The notes below the pieces were generated by a model. That model saw only the letters and a list, made by a program, of their open reading frames with translations. It was not told where the DNA came from and ran no database searches. The position numbers and the translations under genes are program-made. This document shows positions 39,501 to 53,199 of a stretch of 64,000 bases of DNA, one piece after another. Origin of the DNA: Cycas panzhihuaensis (lineage: Eukaryota; Plantae; Cycadophyta); the NCBI GenBank assembly GCA_023213395.1, contig CM041465.1, positions 126,797,741 through 126,861,740 of the forward strand, given 5' to 3'. Position 1 is the first letter of the stretch; each line of letters begins with the position of its first letter.

Positions 39501-40309
39501 TTCTACTTATCGATTTACTTGACTGAAAGCAGATTCATTTTCATACCTCGAACTAGGAATACATTATTGATATGATGCCTTATGTTAGAATCTTTTATTA
39601 ATATTGGGGTCCTTTTAATTTTAGTCACATCATATGTCAAGTTACACCAAATGTGACTATTTATGTGCTAATTAGACAGGTCTACTCCAACATATTTCTA
39701 TGCTAGTCATGTGGCAAGTGACACCTAAATTAAGTAGCCAAGAGTTATCACTATGCTGAGATGACAATGCTACAAAGAATATATTTTGAGGGGAGGTATC
39801 CTAGGTGTCCACCACATGGCCTCCTTGTTAAGTGTTGGGGTTGGTCCTTTGATTCTTAAGTGGGAATTACTGTCTGTTGTACTACCATTGACTTTGATTA
39901 GATCTTTGGTTTCAATTTTGTTGATAGAATTGGCATAGTTATTAATATGATGGCCTTCCTTGTGGATATATAGATCCTCCTCCTTATTAGAGGTAAGGAG
40001 TTTCTTATTAAAGAATGTCATGGATGAGGGGCTCCTTGGTGAGAGTATAGTCCTCCTTATTGATAACTTTAACCACTTTATTAAAAGTTAGGTGCTCCTT
40101 GTTGATAGGATGTGGCTTCTTGTTGGAAGCTAAACCCATAAGGTTAACTCCCTTGATTTTATAATATTTACAGATTAGCCTATCATCTCTTACATTCAAT
40201 AGTAAGGCAACCAACTTTTCTACAATATAAGCAGGTGACATTAGGTCTACTCTATTATTATTTTTTTGTTTGAGGTTGTGATGGTTGTTGGGACTACTAA
40301 GGTTATTGA

Positions 40310-40887
40310 TGTTAAGAATACAGGTCCCAAACCTTAAATCGCCACAAGATCTAAACTATTTTGTAACTAGTTATAGGAATTGAAACTAAGAATTAACATG
40401 CCAGTTCTAAAATCAGAGATAATGTAATAACATCAGTATACAAGCTAAAAATCACATATGCACGTAATATAATGTGGTAAAACCCTAGCAATGTGCTAGG
40501 GACACATCCACACAGGAAAGGTATCGATCTTTATTATTGTAGAATGGAGAAACAGTACATCTTAGTAGCACAGTGCTCTCAGGAACAATAACTAGCCACC
40601 ACCCTCATCATAGTACATTACATTACATACAACATCATAAGAAAAAGCCCTAAAATAGGCTACATGAGAGGGACATCCAAGGCATAAATCTCAACCGTAG
40701 AATCTAGGGCATTTATATCAAATGACTCTAATTCTATTTACAATTTAATAAGGTTTGCAGAGCTAATTTTTTGGGTTGGGGGCTCCCGCCCCACTTAGAA
40801 CCCCCCCGAGAAAGATTAGGAGGGGAAATCGCATCGAAAACACACCAAAATTTTAACCCGAAAATATTGTTGTCACAATATCCAACA
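40310..40887. mobile_element. Solo LTR (578 bp) inserted in gag of copia D
   Basis: TGTT...AACA termini with a perfect ATTGA TSD (40305-40309, 40888-40892); retains CpGs. Confidence 0.9.
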
Positions 40888-41647
40888 ATTGACCTTGATA
40901 GGAGTAAGTGTCAACTTAATGTGGTTTATGTTGAGTTGGTAGCTAATTTGGCTCTTGTGAGATATCTAAGGAGTTTAATTGTTGAGTAAAACTTTGAAGT
41001 TAACTAGGCTGCTGAGCTGGTTATTGTATAGTTTTCCCCCTCTTTGGGTTTTAGGATATAAATGAAGGGGCCAAGTCAAAGGTAAATGTTACCACTTATT
41101 GATTAAGAATGTTTTCTTCTCTTAGCAAGAATCCCTCAATGATGATAAAATTTATTTTAATGTAGTTATCATAGAGTTTAGAAACAAAACTATCGTATTC
41201 TATTAGGAGGACATTAAGAATAATGGATATAAGGTCATGGTTTAATAGAGGTTCTCCAAGGATTATTAACTGATTTCTAATTATTTTTACTTCAGTTAGA
41301 TGGGCAATAATGTCTCCTTTAAAGGGGATAGCAAATATATGTGCTTTGAGAGTCAAGAATCTTAACTCATATTTTCTCTTATAGAGAGCACATAGGATGG
41401 TCCAAGCTTCATGACAGGTTTGAGCTTATTTCTATGTTCTGGTCTACTTTGTCTTCTACCACTAAGTGGAGGAAGGACAAGGCTATAATATCCTTAGCTA
41501 TAAAGTAAGCTAAGGCAATTAGATTAGGTGAAATGGTGATGTTAGAATCATCAGGATCTTAGGTTGGTCTAGGTAAGGGGATGTCACCATTGACATAGGC
41601 CTAATAGTCTTTCATAATGAGTAAGTTTTTTACTTGTTTCTTCTAAG

Positions 41648-42770
41648 TGATCTGAATTAAATAGAAAAGTAAAGACTTAATCCAATTTAAACAACTTAGA
41701 TTCAATATTATATAAAATACATTTTTACATTTGAAATGTTCTTACAAAAATATATTTATTTTATGCTTTATTGAGCATATTCTAAACTGCTACAATAACC
41801 TAATGATAGTTGGAAGAGATCTGGTCTCTTTCTTGGCTATTGCGTCTCATTTGGAATTTTTTCTAACAATCTTGATGTGAGGTTTTACCCTTTGTTTGGC
41901 CATAAACTCACTTTTGGGATGTTTTCAGACTTGCGCATCTTCTTAGGACTGCTATGACTATTTTCTTCTCTTCCTAGATGTATTTGAAACTACTCAGACT
42001 CCTCATGTGCCTCACAAATAGATCTATACCCTTCTTCTATGCTCATCCTTGTTTGTTCTACTTCCATTCCCTTTTGTCTAGCTGTAACGAATTTTTGGGA
42101 TGATGGTAGACTTATGCATTTCTCTAGGACTGCTACTACTGCCTTTTCCTTCTCCTTGGCTACATTTGAAAACTGTTGGGTTTCCTTCCTCCCTTACGAA
42201 TAGATTTGGGATATTTTCCTATGTTCCTCCCTATCTGTTTAATTTCCTTTTTTGTGTGTCCCCATTTTTAATTATCTTTCCCCTCCCCTCTCCATTTTAT
42301 ATCTTTATTTTCCTTAGTTCATAACTAATGAAAATAAGGTAATAAAACTAATTTCTATCTCTTAGTAGATCATTGACATGCGTATAATTGTGTTGGGTAA
42401 TTTTTGTGACCATTTGATCACTCTTTTTATCATTAGATCATAGTCTAGTCATCCTTGGTTGTAGTTTGTTCGTACTTGGATATAGTATGGTTGTACCTAG
42501 TTATAGTTTGGTCACATTTGGCCATAGTTTGGTCACATTTGGTTGTAGTCTGGTTGCACCTGCAAACTTCTAGTTGTACCTAATACAGTTTGGTTGTACC
42601 TTACCAAAATATGATTGCACCTTTTTAATGCATTTTTCTCATATTTTAAGAGTATGAATTATATTTTCCCACCTACTAAAGGCTGTCCACATGAAAATAA
42701 GTTCCATCTGAATGTATTTATACTCTTTTTGAAGAGTATTAAGGATTTTAATGGGTTTGAAATTAGATCA
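41648..42770 (-). repeat. 3' LTR of gypsy F, with a ~190-bp internal duplication and a 21-bp tandem array (~42440-42600)
   Basis: Direct repeat of 47404-48314; tagtctagtcacacttggttg-like units. Confidence 0.9.
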
Positions 42771-45700
42771 GAACTCCCCCTTTTCAGGAGTTTATGGCCT
42801 CATAAATATTATAATTGTAAATGAGGTAATTTGATTATTTCCTTCTCCTTGTTATACCATCTCACTTTTCTAGGTAATTTTCCTTTCTCTCAAATCTTGA
42901 AGGACTTAATTATGCATCTTTTAGTTGTAGGCTTATTCTTTTAAAGAATATAATTAGTTTATAATAATTGTTCTTTCTCCATTCAGAACTCCTCTAGATT
43001 TGGAAATAGTAGAACACCATCTTCATCTTTATCCAATATAGATGGCTTGAACATCTTCAAGTTCTCAACATTCACAACTAAATATATGTTCATGAATTCT
43101 GGTAATTTTAGCTAAAAATCTATTCCCCCAATCTTCCTCAAGATTTTAAAAGGACCATAATGTATAGGCTTCAATTTTTTACCTTCATCTTGTAATCTTT
43201 TTTTGCTAAGATGTAACTAAACTTAATCTTCTTCCTTGAAGGAATGACTGATTTTGTATTCATAATTCCTTTGTTTATATCTCTTTTGAGATATTTAAAG
43301 CTGTCCTTAACTTATTGATGATTCTTTTTATTCTTTCTAAGAATCTTTGCACTTTCTCTTGTCCTTCTTCCTCCTTTCTATTTCGTATAGTAGGTTGGGC
43401 TAAAAATTCTAAATCAAGTGGACTTGAAGGCAAAAATCCTAAACATACCTTGAATGGTGATTTTTGAGTTGATTTATGGATTACTCTATTTAAGGTAAAT
43501 TGTAGGTATGGGAGACTTTCATATTAAGTCTTAGGATGCTTGGCATTGTACCCTTATAGCATCTACACCATCATCCTATTGGCTAGAAGGCCATGACTCA
43601 TCTTTAACTCCATATCTATTATTCCCCAAAGAGTTTGCCAAAAGTGGCTTAAAAATCTACTATCTTGATCAGAAATGATAGAGTTTAGAAGCCCAAAATA
43701 CTTCTATATATACTAGAAAAATAGTCTAGCTATATCTTCTCCTATATATGTCTTCCTATAGGGAATTAATACCATAATTTTATTGAATTGATCAACAACT
43801 ACAAATAAATAATCCATACCATTTTTGGTCCCTGGTAGTCCTCTAAGGAAATCCATGGAAATACTCTCCCATGGTTACAATGGAATGAGAAATGGAGTAT
43901 ACAATCCTAACTTCCTATTGGCTAGCTTTGATGTGTTACACAATGTACATCCTTATATTGTTGTAGTTATGTCCTATTACACATTAGGCCAATACATATA
44001 TTGCTATAAATTTAGTAATGTTTCCTGCTACTCAAGAGGTATGAGCTTCTCTTACCCACTTCATTCGATTTGCATGCTTTGGAATACAAAGCTTATTATG
44101 CTTGAAGAGTAGACCATTGCTTAGCTAAAAATTAGTCAACTATTTTTCTTGATGTAGCTACTCTAAGATAGGCTTGAATGTCTCATCTTCCATGTATAAA
44201 CCTACATACTCATCATGGCAAAAAGGATGATATTGCAGAGCTACTAATAAGCTAGAAATACCTTGTTATTAAGGAGGTATAGATAATAAGTCTATAATTT
44301 TATTTGTTGTGCCTTTTTTATATTTAACCACGATGTGAAACTATTACAAATAGGATATACACTTTATGTGCTTGGCCTAATACAATTTGAACTGTATCTG
44401 CAAGAATTGCAAAGACTTGTGGTTGATGTTAATGATGACCTTTTTTCCTAATAAGTAAGGTCTCCAATACTTGATCACTTGATGAAATGCATAGAGCTCC
44501 TTATCATAAGTTGGATAAATTTTCACACCTTCATTTAAAGTCTCTAATTAATATGCCACTGATCTTCCCTCTTACTTCAATACTACTCCCTTGGCATAGC
44601 CTAAAGCATCAGTCTCCAACTTGAATGGTTTCTACAATGATGGTAAGGCTAACACAGATTCTTTATAATTTTTCTATTTTAGAATCCTAAAAGCTTTCTC
44701 TTGCTCATACATCTAATGAAATTTTACATGCCCTTCTGTCAATGCATGAAGAGGTGTTGCAATTTGAGAGAATTGACAAACACTAATGAAACTTCTAAAA
44801 TATTGACAAACATCAATGAAACTCCTTACCTTCATGGTTATGTTGGGTCTAGGCCAATTAACGAAACCCAAGAAGATGAGAGATTACTTCCTAAAATTGC
44901 ACTTCTTAAGATTAAGTTTCAGCTATTGCTCTTCAAGAACTTTGAGCACTTGCTCAACATATTGGTGGTGCTCCTCCTAAGTCTGACTAGAAATCAAAAT
45001 ATCATCTAGACAAACAATAATAAAATCATCAATGAAGGGTCTCAATACCTCATTCATCAACCTCATGAAGGTGGTAGGTACATTGCACAAACCAAAAGAC
45101 ATCACCATCCATTTGAATAACCATTGATTTAATTTGAAGACTATCTTCTAAATGTCCTCCTCCCATATTCAAACTTGATGGTAGCTTGATTTCATATCTA
45201 TTTTATTGAAATATCTTGTAGACTGTAGCTGGTCTAATAAGCCATCTATCCATGGTAGCAGATATCAATTCTTTATAGTAATTTTATTCAAAGCCTGATA
45301 GTCAATGCACATTCTCTAACCTCCATCTTTCTTTGGCACTAAAATAATAGGTGAACCATAAGGGGAACAACTCGACTTGGTCACTCCTTGCTCCAAGAGT
45401 TCTTGAATCTACTTCTTAATCTCTTCATTCTTTAAAATTGAGTTTTGGTAGAGACTAAGATTGGGCAAAGTTAAATTAGCAACTAGCTGAATTTCATGCT
45501 CAATTGCTTTCTTAGGGGATAGCCCTTTTGGCTCCTAGAATACTTCATTATACCTATTCTTTATGCCTTCAATTTGTTGCACTTGTTTCCTATCCAGTGA
45601 CTGTGTTGGGGACTTTGCTTACTGCCTTTCTTCCACCTTCTTGTTCACCATCAATATCACAAATTTATCGTAAGTATTAATTAATCTCTTTGCTTATTGA

Positions 45701-47403
45701 GAGGATATGAGAGAGATCTTCTTTTGTGGTTTTAATGCATTAATCAAATATGCTTTTCCATCCTTAATGAGTAAAATCTTTCTTAGCCTCCTGTGATGAA
45801 CTCCATCTCTATCATAGAGATATGGGCTACCAAACATAACTTAACAAATATCTAAAGGAACCACTTCACATTTAACTTTATCAATGAATCTTTTTTAAAT
45901 TACAAATTTGAACTTACATTGGTGAGTAACCTATAGTTTTGAATCTTTCTGTAGCCATCCAAGAGGATATTATTTTGGATGTGCATGTATCTTTAATCTC
46001 CATTTCTTTACTAATGCCTCTGAGATTAAATTATTTTGGCTTCCTCTATAAAAAATGGCATTAACCATGCTTTGTTTTACTTGGATTCTCACCATGAGGA
46101 GATCCTCTTTAATCTCTAGATCAATATGTTAATGGTTATCTTTAGGTTCAACATTGGCCATGAGCATCAACTTCTCATTGGCTCCTTTAGTACTGTAAAT
46201 ATCTTCTTCTCTTGTGGTACTGAATAAATATTTCCCTTTTTCCTTTCTCTTGGTCTACTTCTCTGGATGTAAAAACTGGCAATCTTCAATGTTATATCCT
46301 ACCTACTTACAATGTGTATAAGAGACTTTAATTTGAGTGGTATTAACTTGTTTCTTCTTGCCAAAACCCCTAATTGATTACTATCCTACTTTTCCTAGAA
46401 ACTTCTTTCCTTGGGCATGTTTGTTGCTTCCTTCTTAAGGTATAAACCTTTTCTTCTATGTGTAAATATTCTTATTCATCTTCTTTATGGTAATTGCTTT
46501 CTTGTTAGCTTCATCAAGCATTTTCACTTCAAACAGTTAAAGTTCTTAATGAATATATTGGTGTAATCCTCTAATATATTTTACCATTATGTATTTGCCA
46601 AGTAAAGAGATACCCAATGCAATAACTTTCTTCTAAAATTCTATTGTATAATCTTGGACATTTTGGCCTTTTTCTTACCTATAATATTACCATCTTATCC
46701 ATTGCTTCTCTTCATACCCAATAGGGTAAAATTGCTTCTTAAAGAGAGACTTGAATTGCTGCCATATGATTTTAGCCATATCATGGGATTTGAGGTATGT
46801 ATTCCACTAAACCAATGCATGCTTGGAGAGTTTTAACCTTTTAAAGATGATACTCTACTGGTTTTTGTACCCATAAATTGAGAAGTATGTCTCTAATTGG
46901 TCTAACCAATTATCTAACTTCTTAGCATCTAGGGTTCCATCATAGATGGGCAATTTAAGTTTTACCTCAACCATGAATGGATGCACTATTAAAAGCTTCT
47001 TTATCGATGGGCTGTTATCTCCTTCTTCCTCATCTTACTGGTCATCTATAGGTCCTTCTTGGGTACCTTCACTTGTCTCTTCTTTTACTGGTTCATCTTA
47101 TTCCTTCTTCTTATCTATGGTTATTGAAGAGGATGTACCCTGTTGAGAAATAAGCTGTGTCAAAAGTTGAGTTAACCTATCAAGATTTTACTCAATATTT
47201 AAGAACCTTTTCTTTATCTTTTACTATGCTTCATATATTTTTATTCACTATCTATGCTCTTTCTCAAGAGGTTCAGTCAAAGGTTCACTAGTTAATTGGC
47301 ATTAAAACCTAGTTTTCATATAATCTTTTAATATAGCAACACAATGAGTTTTCTTGCTCGAAACTCCCAAGGATTAGGAACCATGCTCTAATAGCAAAAA
47401 TAT

Positions 47404-48314
47404 TGATCCAAATTGAATGGAAAAGTAAAGGCTTAATCCAATTGAAATAAATCAGATTCAATATTACATAAAATAAATTTTTATATTTGAAATGTTTTTA
47501 CAAAAATCTATTTATTTTATGCTCTATTAAGTTTATTCTAAACTGCTACAGTAACCTAGTGATAGTTGGAAGAGATCTAGTCTCTTTCCTAGCTATTTCA
47601 TCTCATCTCAAATGTTTTCCAACTATCTTGATGTGAGGTTTTGCCTTCTGTTCAACTGTAAGCTCACTTTTGGGATGTTTTTCAGCTTGGTGATCTTCTT
47701 AGGATTGTTATGATTGCCTTCTTCTCTCCCTAGCTATGTTTGAAACTACTTAGACTCCTCATGTGCCTCACGAATAGATCTAGGCCTTTTTCATGCACTC
47801 CTCCTTGTCTGTTCAACTTCCTCTTCCATTCATCCCTATTTTTAATTATCTTTCCCCTATTTTATATCTTCATCTTCCTTAGTTTATAACTAATGAAAAA
47901 TAGTTAATAAAACTATTTTCCATCTCTGATTAGATAGTTGATAAGTGTACAGTTGTGCTAGGTAATTTTCATGATCATCCAATCACTTTTTTTACTATTA
48001 GATTATAGTCCAATTGCACTTGGCTATAGTCTAGTTGTACCTGGCTGTAATCTAGTCACACTTGGTTGTAGTCTAGTCACACTTGGTTGTAATCTAGTCA
48101 CGCTTACGTACTTTTGGTTGCAGTTGAGGCAGTTTAATTGCACCCTACCAAAACATGATTGTACCTTTTTAATACATTTTTCTCACATTTTAAAAGCTAG
48201 AATTTTGTTTTGTTGCCTATTAAAGGTTGGACACATGAAAAAATGTTCCATCCAAATGTATTTATACTCCTTTTAAAGACTATTAAGGATTTTAATAGAT
48301 CTAAAATCAGATCA
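47404..48314 (-). repeat. 5' LTR of gypsy F, with a 21-bp array at ~48005-48130
   Basis: Adjacent to the PBS; direct repeat of 41648-42770. Confidence 0.9.
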
Positions 48315-50208
48315 CTAAGTGATAAAGTTGTTTAGGCCATTGAGTTTGATTCTGTTTGATAGAAGCATTTGTGATATTATTTCTAAGTGTCCTTGTATTT
48401 TATGTTTTAAGTACTTATGTACTATTCTACTTAAGGGCTAATAATCTAGAGTTCCAAGTTTTAGGGTCTCTAAGAAAGCTCTTAGTCACTATCTTATCTA
48501 GTGATGCTTGCCCACAAGTGGTAAACTAAAGACCCTATATACTAGTATGTGAGCTCAAGACTCTATATACCTTAGTGCATGGGCTACTCAGAAGGTTAAA
48601 GATCCCCTTGATTTGTAGATCCACCTAGACCAAACTTATGCCTAGTGATAGATCTAGTGGTGAGAAGTTAATAACCAAGGCACTCAACCCCTCTAGGTTT
48701 AGCCTGGTCTTTAAATACTAAAGGATAGTTTACCACCTAAGCCTATCACTTCATACACCTTATAGCTAATGGTTTTCTTAGCAAATTATAGAAATACTAA
48801 ACGCATGTGTAGAGTGATAACTTTAGGGGTCTTAACCTTTCTCCTTACAAGGTTGATATAATTGTCTTATTAATTCAAGATTATCTTGATTAATGTTTCA
48901 AATTAAAGATGAATTTTAAGGTGATATTATTTATAAGTAAGATTTTTTTCAATAAGAGAAGCTAAAACATGAAAAGAAATACAAGAAACTAAAACGAAAA
49001 GAAGGGTTTAGTGAGTTATTTGAAAGGACTTAATCCAAGAAGATCCACTTTAATATCTAAGAAGAATACATATGATAATTAATCACAAGTACTTTATTAG
49101 CCTAAAAACTAAATTAAAACAAGTAACTAATAGCCAACAATAGCATATAGTAGCAAAAAATCTTATAAAAAATTGAATTTATGCCTTCAAATGATGAGAA
49201 AAGTCTCAAGAATACTCAAATAAATATCTAAACTATAACATCCTATAATACCAACAAAATGAACTTAAATTGAGTAAATTTAGCTTTAAACTATAACCCT
49301 TTGAGTTATCTTTCCAATAGTTTAAATGACACCTGATTTTGACTCACAATTAGAAAGTTATAAAGAAAATTATAACAAGTATCCTTATGAGCTAAAAAAT
49401 AATGAAGATTGGGCTTAAGCCCACTTGAAACTTGGCCCTCGACCACTAAACTGTAGCATGTGACCACCCTTGATCCATTAAGGGGCTAGGTGGATTTGAA
49501 ACTATATCCAAAACACCCTAAATATTTTGTAAAATAAAAAAGTATCAAAGATAATTGAATTTATTTAAGATCTACCCCATTTTTTATAAAAAACGCGGTC
49601 ATATGGCACTCAATATGATTAAATTGAAAGGATTAAATATAGATTTAAGTCAAATATTAGAATCCACTTTAATTTTTCATGAACTTTATAATAAGTAATG
49701 AAATAAAATCAAACTTTTTTAACGTATGAGAGCTAGATGACTTCCACAACCTACACAGACCTTTCCACAATGATTAGACGCAAATGAGGCTATGAATCAC
49801 ATAAAAAACATTCTAACTTTGATTAGAATAGTACCTATAAGCTATGGCACCCTTTTTCAAATATATTAGAGCCATAATAGAGTAGAATGAGGTCACCAAA
49901 GCTTGCAAAGGTAAGATATAATTAACACAAATAATTTAGGGTTGAAAAAGGGGCCAAAACAGAGCTATTTTAACCAAAACTAAAATTGTGAGCTTTGTGG
50001 CCTACAACAAGCCTAAAACACTACAAATTCACATTTATATGAATTGAAAACCACTAGCATTAGATTTAAATTGACTGTTAGCCACTCAATATTGTGAGAA
50101 AACTTGAAAAAATATAGGAACAAGGTGCCATTATGGGTAAATAGACCTTTATTTCTTATTTGATCCTTAAAAAAACACCAAATGGAGCATGTAATGGCTT
50201 TGATACCA

Positions 50209-50562
50209 TGAGAAAACTTCTTCAAGATCTAAATATTATGCGCATCCATCAAAATATAATGTAAGTTATTGAAATAATAAAATAATCAAGCTAAAATGAG
50301 CACAACTAAGATATACAAATGTTCACAGGCGTATTTGTCACACCTTAAGGCTCCAATCTAGTAGAGCTTCTACATTATAAATGATTCAATGTATAAACTA
50401 TAGGGAAAACACACAATATATAGGTAATCTACCCATATTTACAAAGATTTCATTGGCTAACATATCAACACAAATAGCGGACCTGACCATCATTTACAAT
50501 ATAATTAAATTACAAACGGGTCACGCCACATGGTGATGAAGGCGACATTATAAGTTTTAACA
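50209..50562 (-). repeat. 5' LTR of copia D
   Basis: Adjacent to PBS gctttgatacca; tgagaa..ttaaca termini. Confidence 0.95.
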
Positions 50563-51699
50563 TAATCTTAATCTCTTTGATTTCTTAAACTTGTAAATTA
50601 TTCTCATCATTTAAATAATTAGAGTCATCACTTAATTCTTTAATAATAGCTTCATTAGTAACAACTTTATTACATTCAATATTCTCAATAATAGTAACCT
50701 AAACAATAATAGATTTAGTAGTGCATTCAAAAGTAGAAAAATAATTAACAATTTTATCAACTATATTCTCTCTTCCCTAACATACTTTTTCTTTAAGTTT
50801 TGGAATAGCTTTTGATCTTGGACCTTTGAATTTGCTTAAGTATTACTTGTAGAATTACCTTGAGGCTTTGGTTTTATCAAATAAATAAATGGGATGATAG
50901 ATTTATCAACATTTTGAGTTTTTCTTTGGTCTTTAATAATTACTAGATTTTCTTTAAGTGGATTGAGTTCTAGAGTATAAATATATTTCAACATATCCCA
51001 TTCTTCCTTTAAAGAAACATCATGATATATCTAAGTGTATATATTCCTTTCCAAAGCAGAGAAGATGTAATTGAATGCTTCTACATCTTTTTCTAGAAGC
51101 TTTGTCAACTCTTATTCGTTATTAGGTGTTAATTCAACTTTAAAATAAATTAGTTTTAGAGTTTTATATCCTTTAGAATAATATCCTATAAATTCCTAGC
51201 TTCTAAAGAAGGTTTTATTCTTCTTAACTAGAAAAAATGATTCCTCCCATTAAAATTAGGAACCACAAGATGCTAAGGAGAAAATTCCATTTTGCTAATG
51301 AAAATCAATCATAATAGGTTCAAAAATTCATCTATATATAATTGCAAATAAAAATATAGTAGGTCATATAGGAAAGATATCATTATTCTATTATTTCTAC
51401 CATTAGGTGCTCTAACTTATAGATATTATTATTTGGAGGGTGTCTCTTACCTATAGTGTATTAATATATAATAATTTTTGTAAAGTATCTAGGTAGGAAA
51501 TTTGATACATATGTTAGAGTAATTGCTCAGTTAGTCTCTTCATTGTGGTTTTAGTTATCAATGTCATGGTAGTGACATTACCATTCCCCTTGAATCCAAT
51601 GTAGTTATTGAGAATGGCTAATTGAGATGTAGGAAAGTAGTTAATTTCCAATATCATATCTAGTTACAACTAGTCTACTTGATCTGATGCATGTCGTTC

Positions 51700-52930
51700 A
51701 AAATATTATTAGATATTTTCACTAGTTAACACTTTATCTATTCCTTGATCTACTTTAGAAGAAGTTTCACCAACTTTTGTTTCAATCTTTACATGCATAA
51801 TCTATATAATCAATGGTCATATTAACTCCATATGCCCTCTTAACTTGCATATTTGCTCTCTAATACCATCAAGTCTTTGGCCTTGTGACTTGAACATGTT
51901 TCTACGAGTAATCTATTATGTTCTCAAATCCTGAACATTTTTGTCCCATTACTCATCTTTACCTACTACAACTAAATGAACCCATTATTTTTTCTTTATT
52001 GATTCTTCACTTGCAATCCTAAGAAATTATTGTTTAACTTTGGTAGGTCTTTAACCCTACATAAAGGGGTTAGGAAATGAGATAAATAAAAGTATCTATC
52101 CTAAAATACTAATTGAAGTGTCTTCAATCTCTCTTATTTTATTTATTACCTCCTTACTTATGTCTATTCCTATCTCTAGGACATGTTGCCATATGTGGAT
52201 AAAGTATCCACTCTTTTTGTTTCCCTTATCCTTACCTACTACTATTTTATTCTCAAATTTAAATAAAGCTCCTTAAGGTTACAACTCTGTCAGATATGTT
52301 TTTCATAGTTTGGTAGTCACCACCTTTAGCCTCTAAATCTTCTTATGTAAGGAACAAACTTTATGAAAGAAACTCCACATATAAGGCCTTAAAAGTTGGT
52401 CTTCATTAAGGTTTTTTTCCACATACCTTTTAGTGGATTTTTTAATATTAATAGCAACTACTAAAGCATTAATGAACTCTTCTAATTCAAGTCCTAATTC
52501 TTCACTTGATGTATCCTTAATTAGTTCTTGCCAATCATTCTTTGACTGGTTTAGTTTATGATTTAACACTAGATTCTCTTCTTTTATGGTGGAATTTTCT
52601 TTCATGACTTATTGTAGATAAGCCTGTAAATATAAAATCTTATATTTTATAATTTGGCTAGTGGCCAAATATAAATCCCCATATTCAATTATAATACTCT
52701 TTTTTGTAGACCAAGTAAATGGTTCTACCATTTTCTTTTTCCTTATTATTATTTTCTTCACACTCTTTTCTTGATTGGTAACTAATATAACCTAGTGCCA
52801 ACTTCCTTATTAAATATCAAGGTTGGAGTAAGTGTTAATGTTAACTCCCTCTATTAGAGTCTAACTATTACCCATGGGTCTAATTCTTTTATTAACCTGT
52901 TACCTATTTTAGGTAAGATAACCTTTCTTT
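51700..52930 (-). repeat. Dispersed repeat carrying a decayed unknown ORF (copy 2)
   Basis: ORF 52333-52605 MKENSTIKEENLVLNHKLNQSKNDWQELIKD..; homologous to 33540-34780. Confidence 0.8.
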
Positions 52931-53199
52931 ATCTACTTATATCTCTCAAACTAGTTTATCTACTTCTAGGTTCTAAGGCTAATATTTTATAGGTCTCAGT
53001 TCTTGACCTTCTTATGTAACCAATTTCTCCTACATTCTAGCATCAACAATAACTTTTAGAACTTGAGATATTCTAAATAAGATAAAAAATGCAATTGAAA
53101 AGCATATAACCTATATCTTATACCTTTAATATTATATTCTTGGTATTAATTTATTGGGCTTTGGTTTAACTCTATGATTGTTAACTAGAATTTTGGTGC

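Larger units (their letters stand above)
41648..48314 (-). mobile_element. Full-length degenerate Ty3/gypsy element F nested in the gag of copia D
   Basis: TGATC..GATCA LTRs 41648-42770 and 47404-48314, perfect CTAAG TSD, decayed PBS 47385-47396, PPT 42771-42784; RT VLRPFIDDFIIVCLDDILI; gag-PR-RT-RH-INT order. Confidence 0.95.
36122..50562 (-). mobile_element. Ty1/copia element D with both LTRs, carrying a nested gypsy and a solo LTR
   Basis: LTRs 36122-36511 and 50209-50562, PBS 50197-50208, PPT 36512-36520, TSD caatc/taatc; INT MELVYLDIY..LRSNNGDEY, RT and RH motifs; gag start near 48368. Confidence 0.95.
35430..51290 (-). mobile_element. Internally deleted copia E (gag 51290->50563 joined to RNase H end ~36060->35738), host of copia D
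   Basis: Gag MEFSP*HLVVPNFNGRNH..ARNL*DIILKGY; RH KIKHIDI..YHYIQEAI; PPT ctcccccttaa at 35727; putative LTR 35430-35726. Confidence 0.7.

Noticed and set aside
39770-40241. NKE-repeat ORFs as a real protein
   Set aside because: Off-frame relative to the zinc knuckle; they stay open only because C>T makes stops in the true Gln-rich frame.
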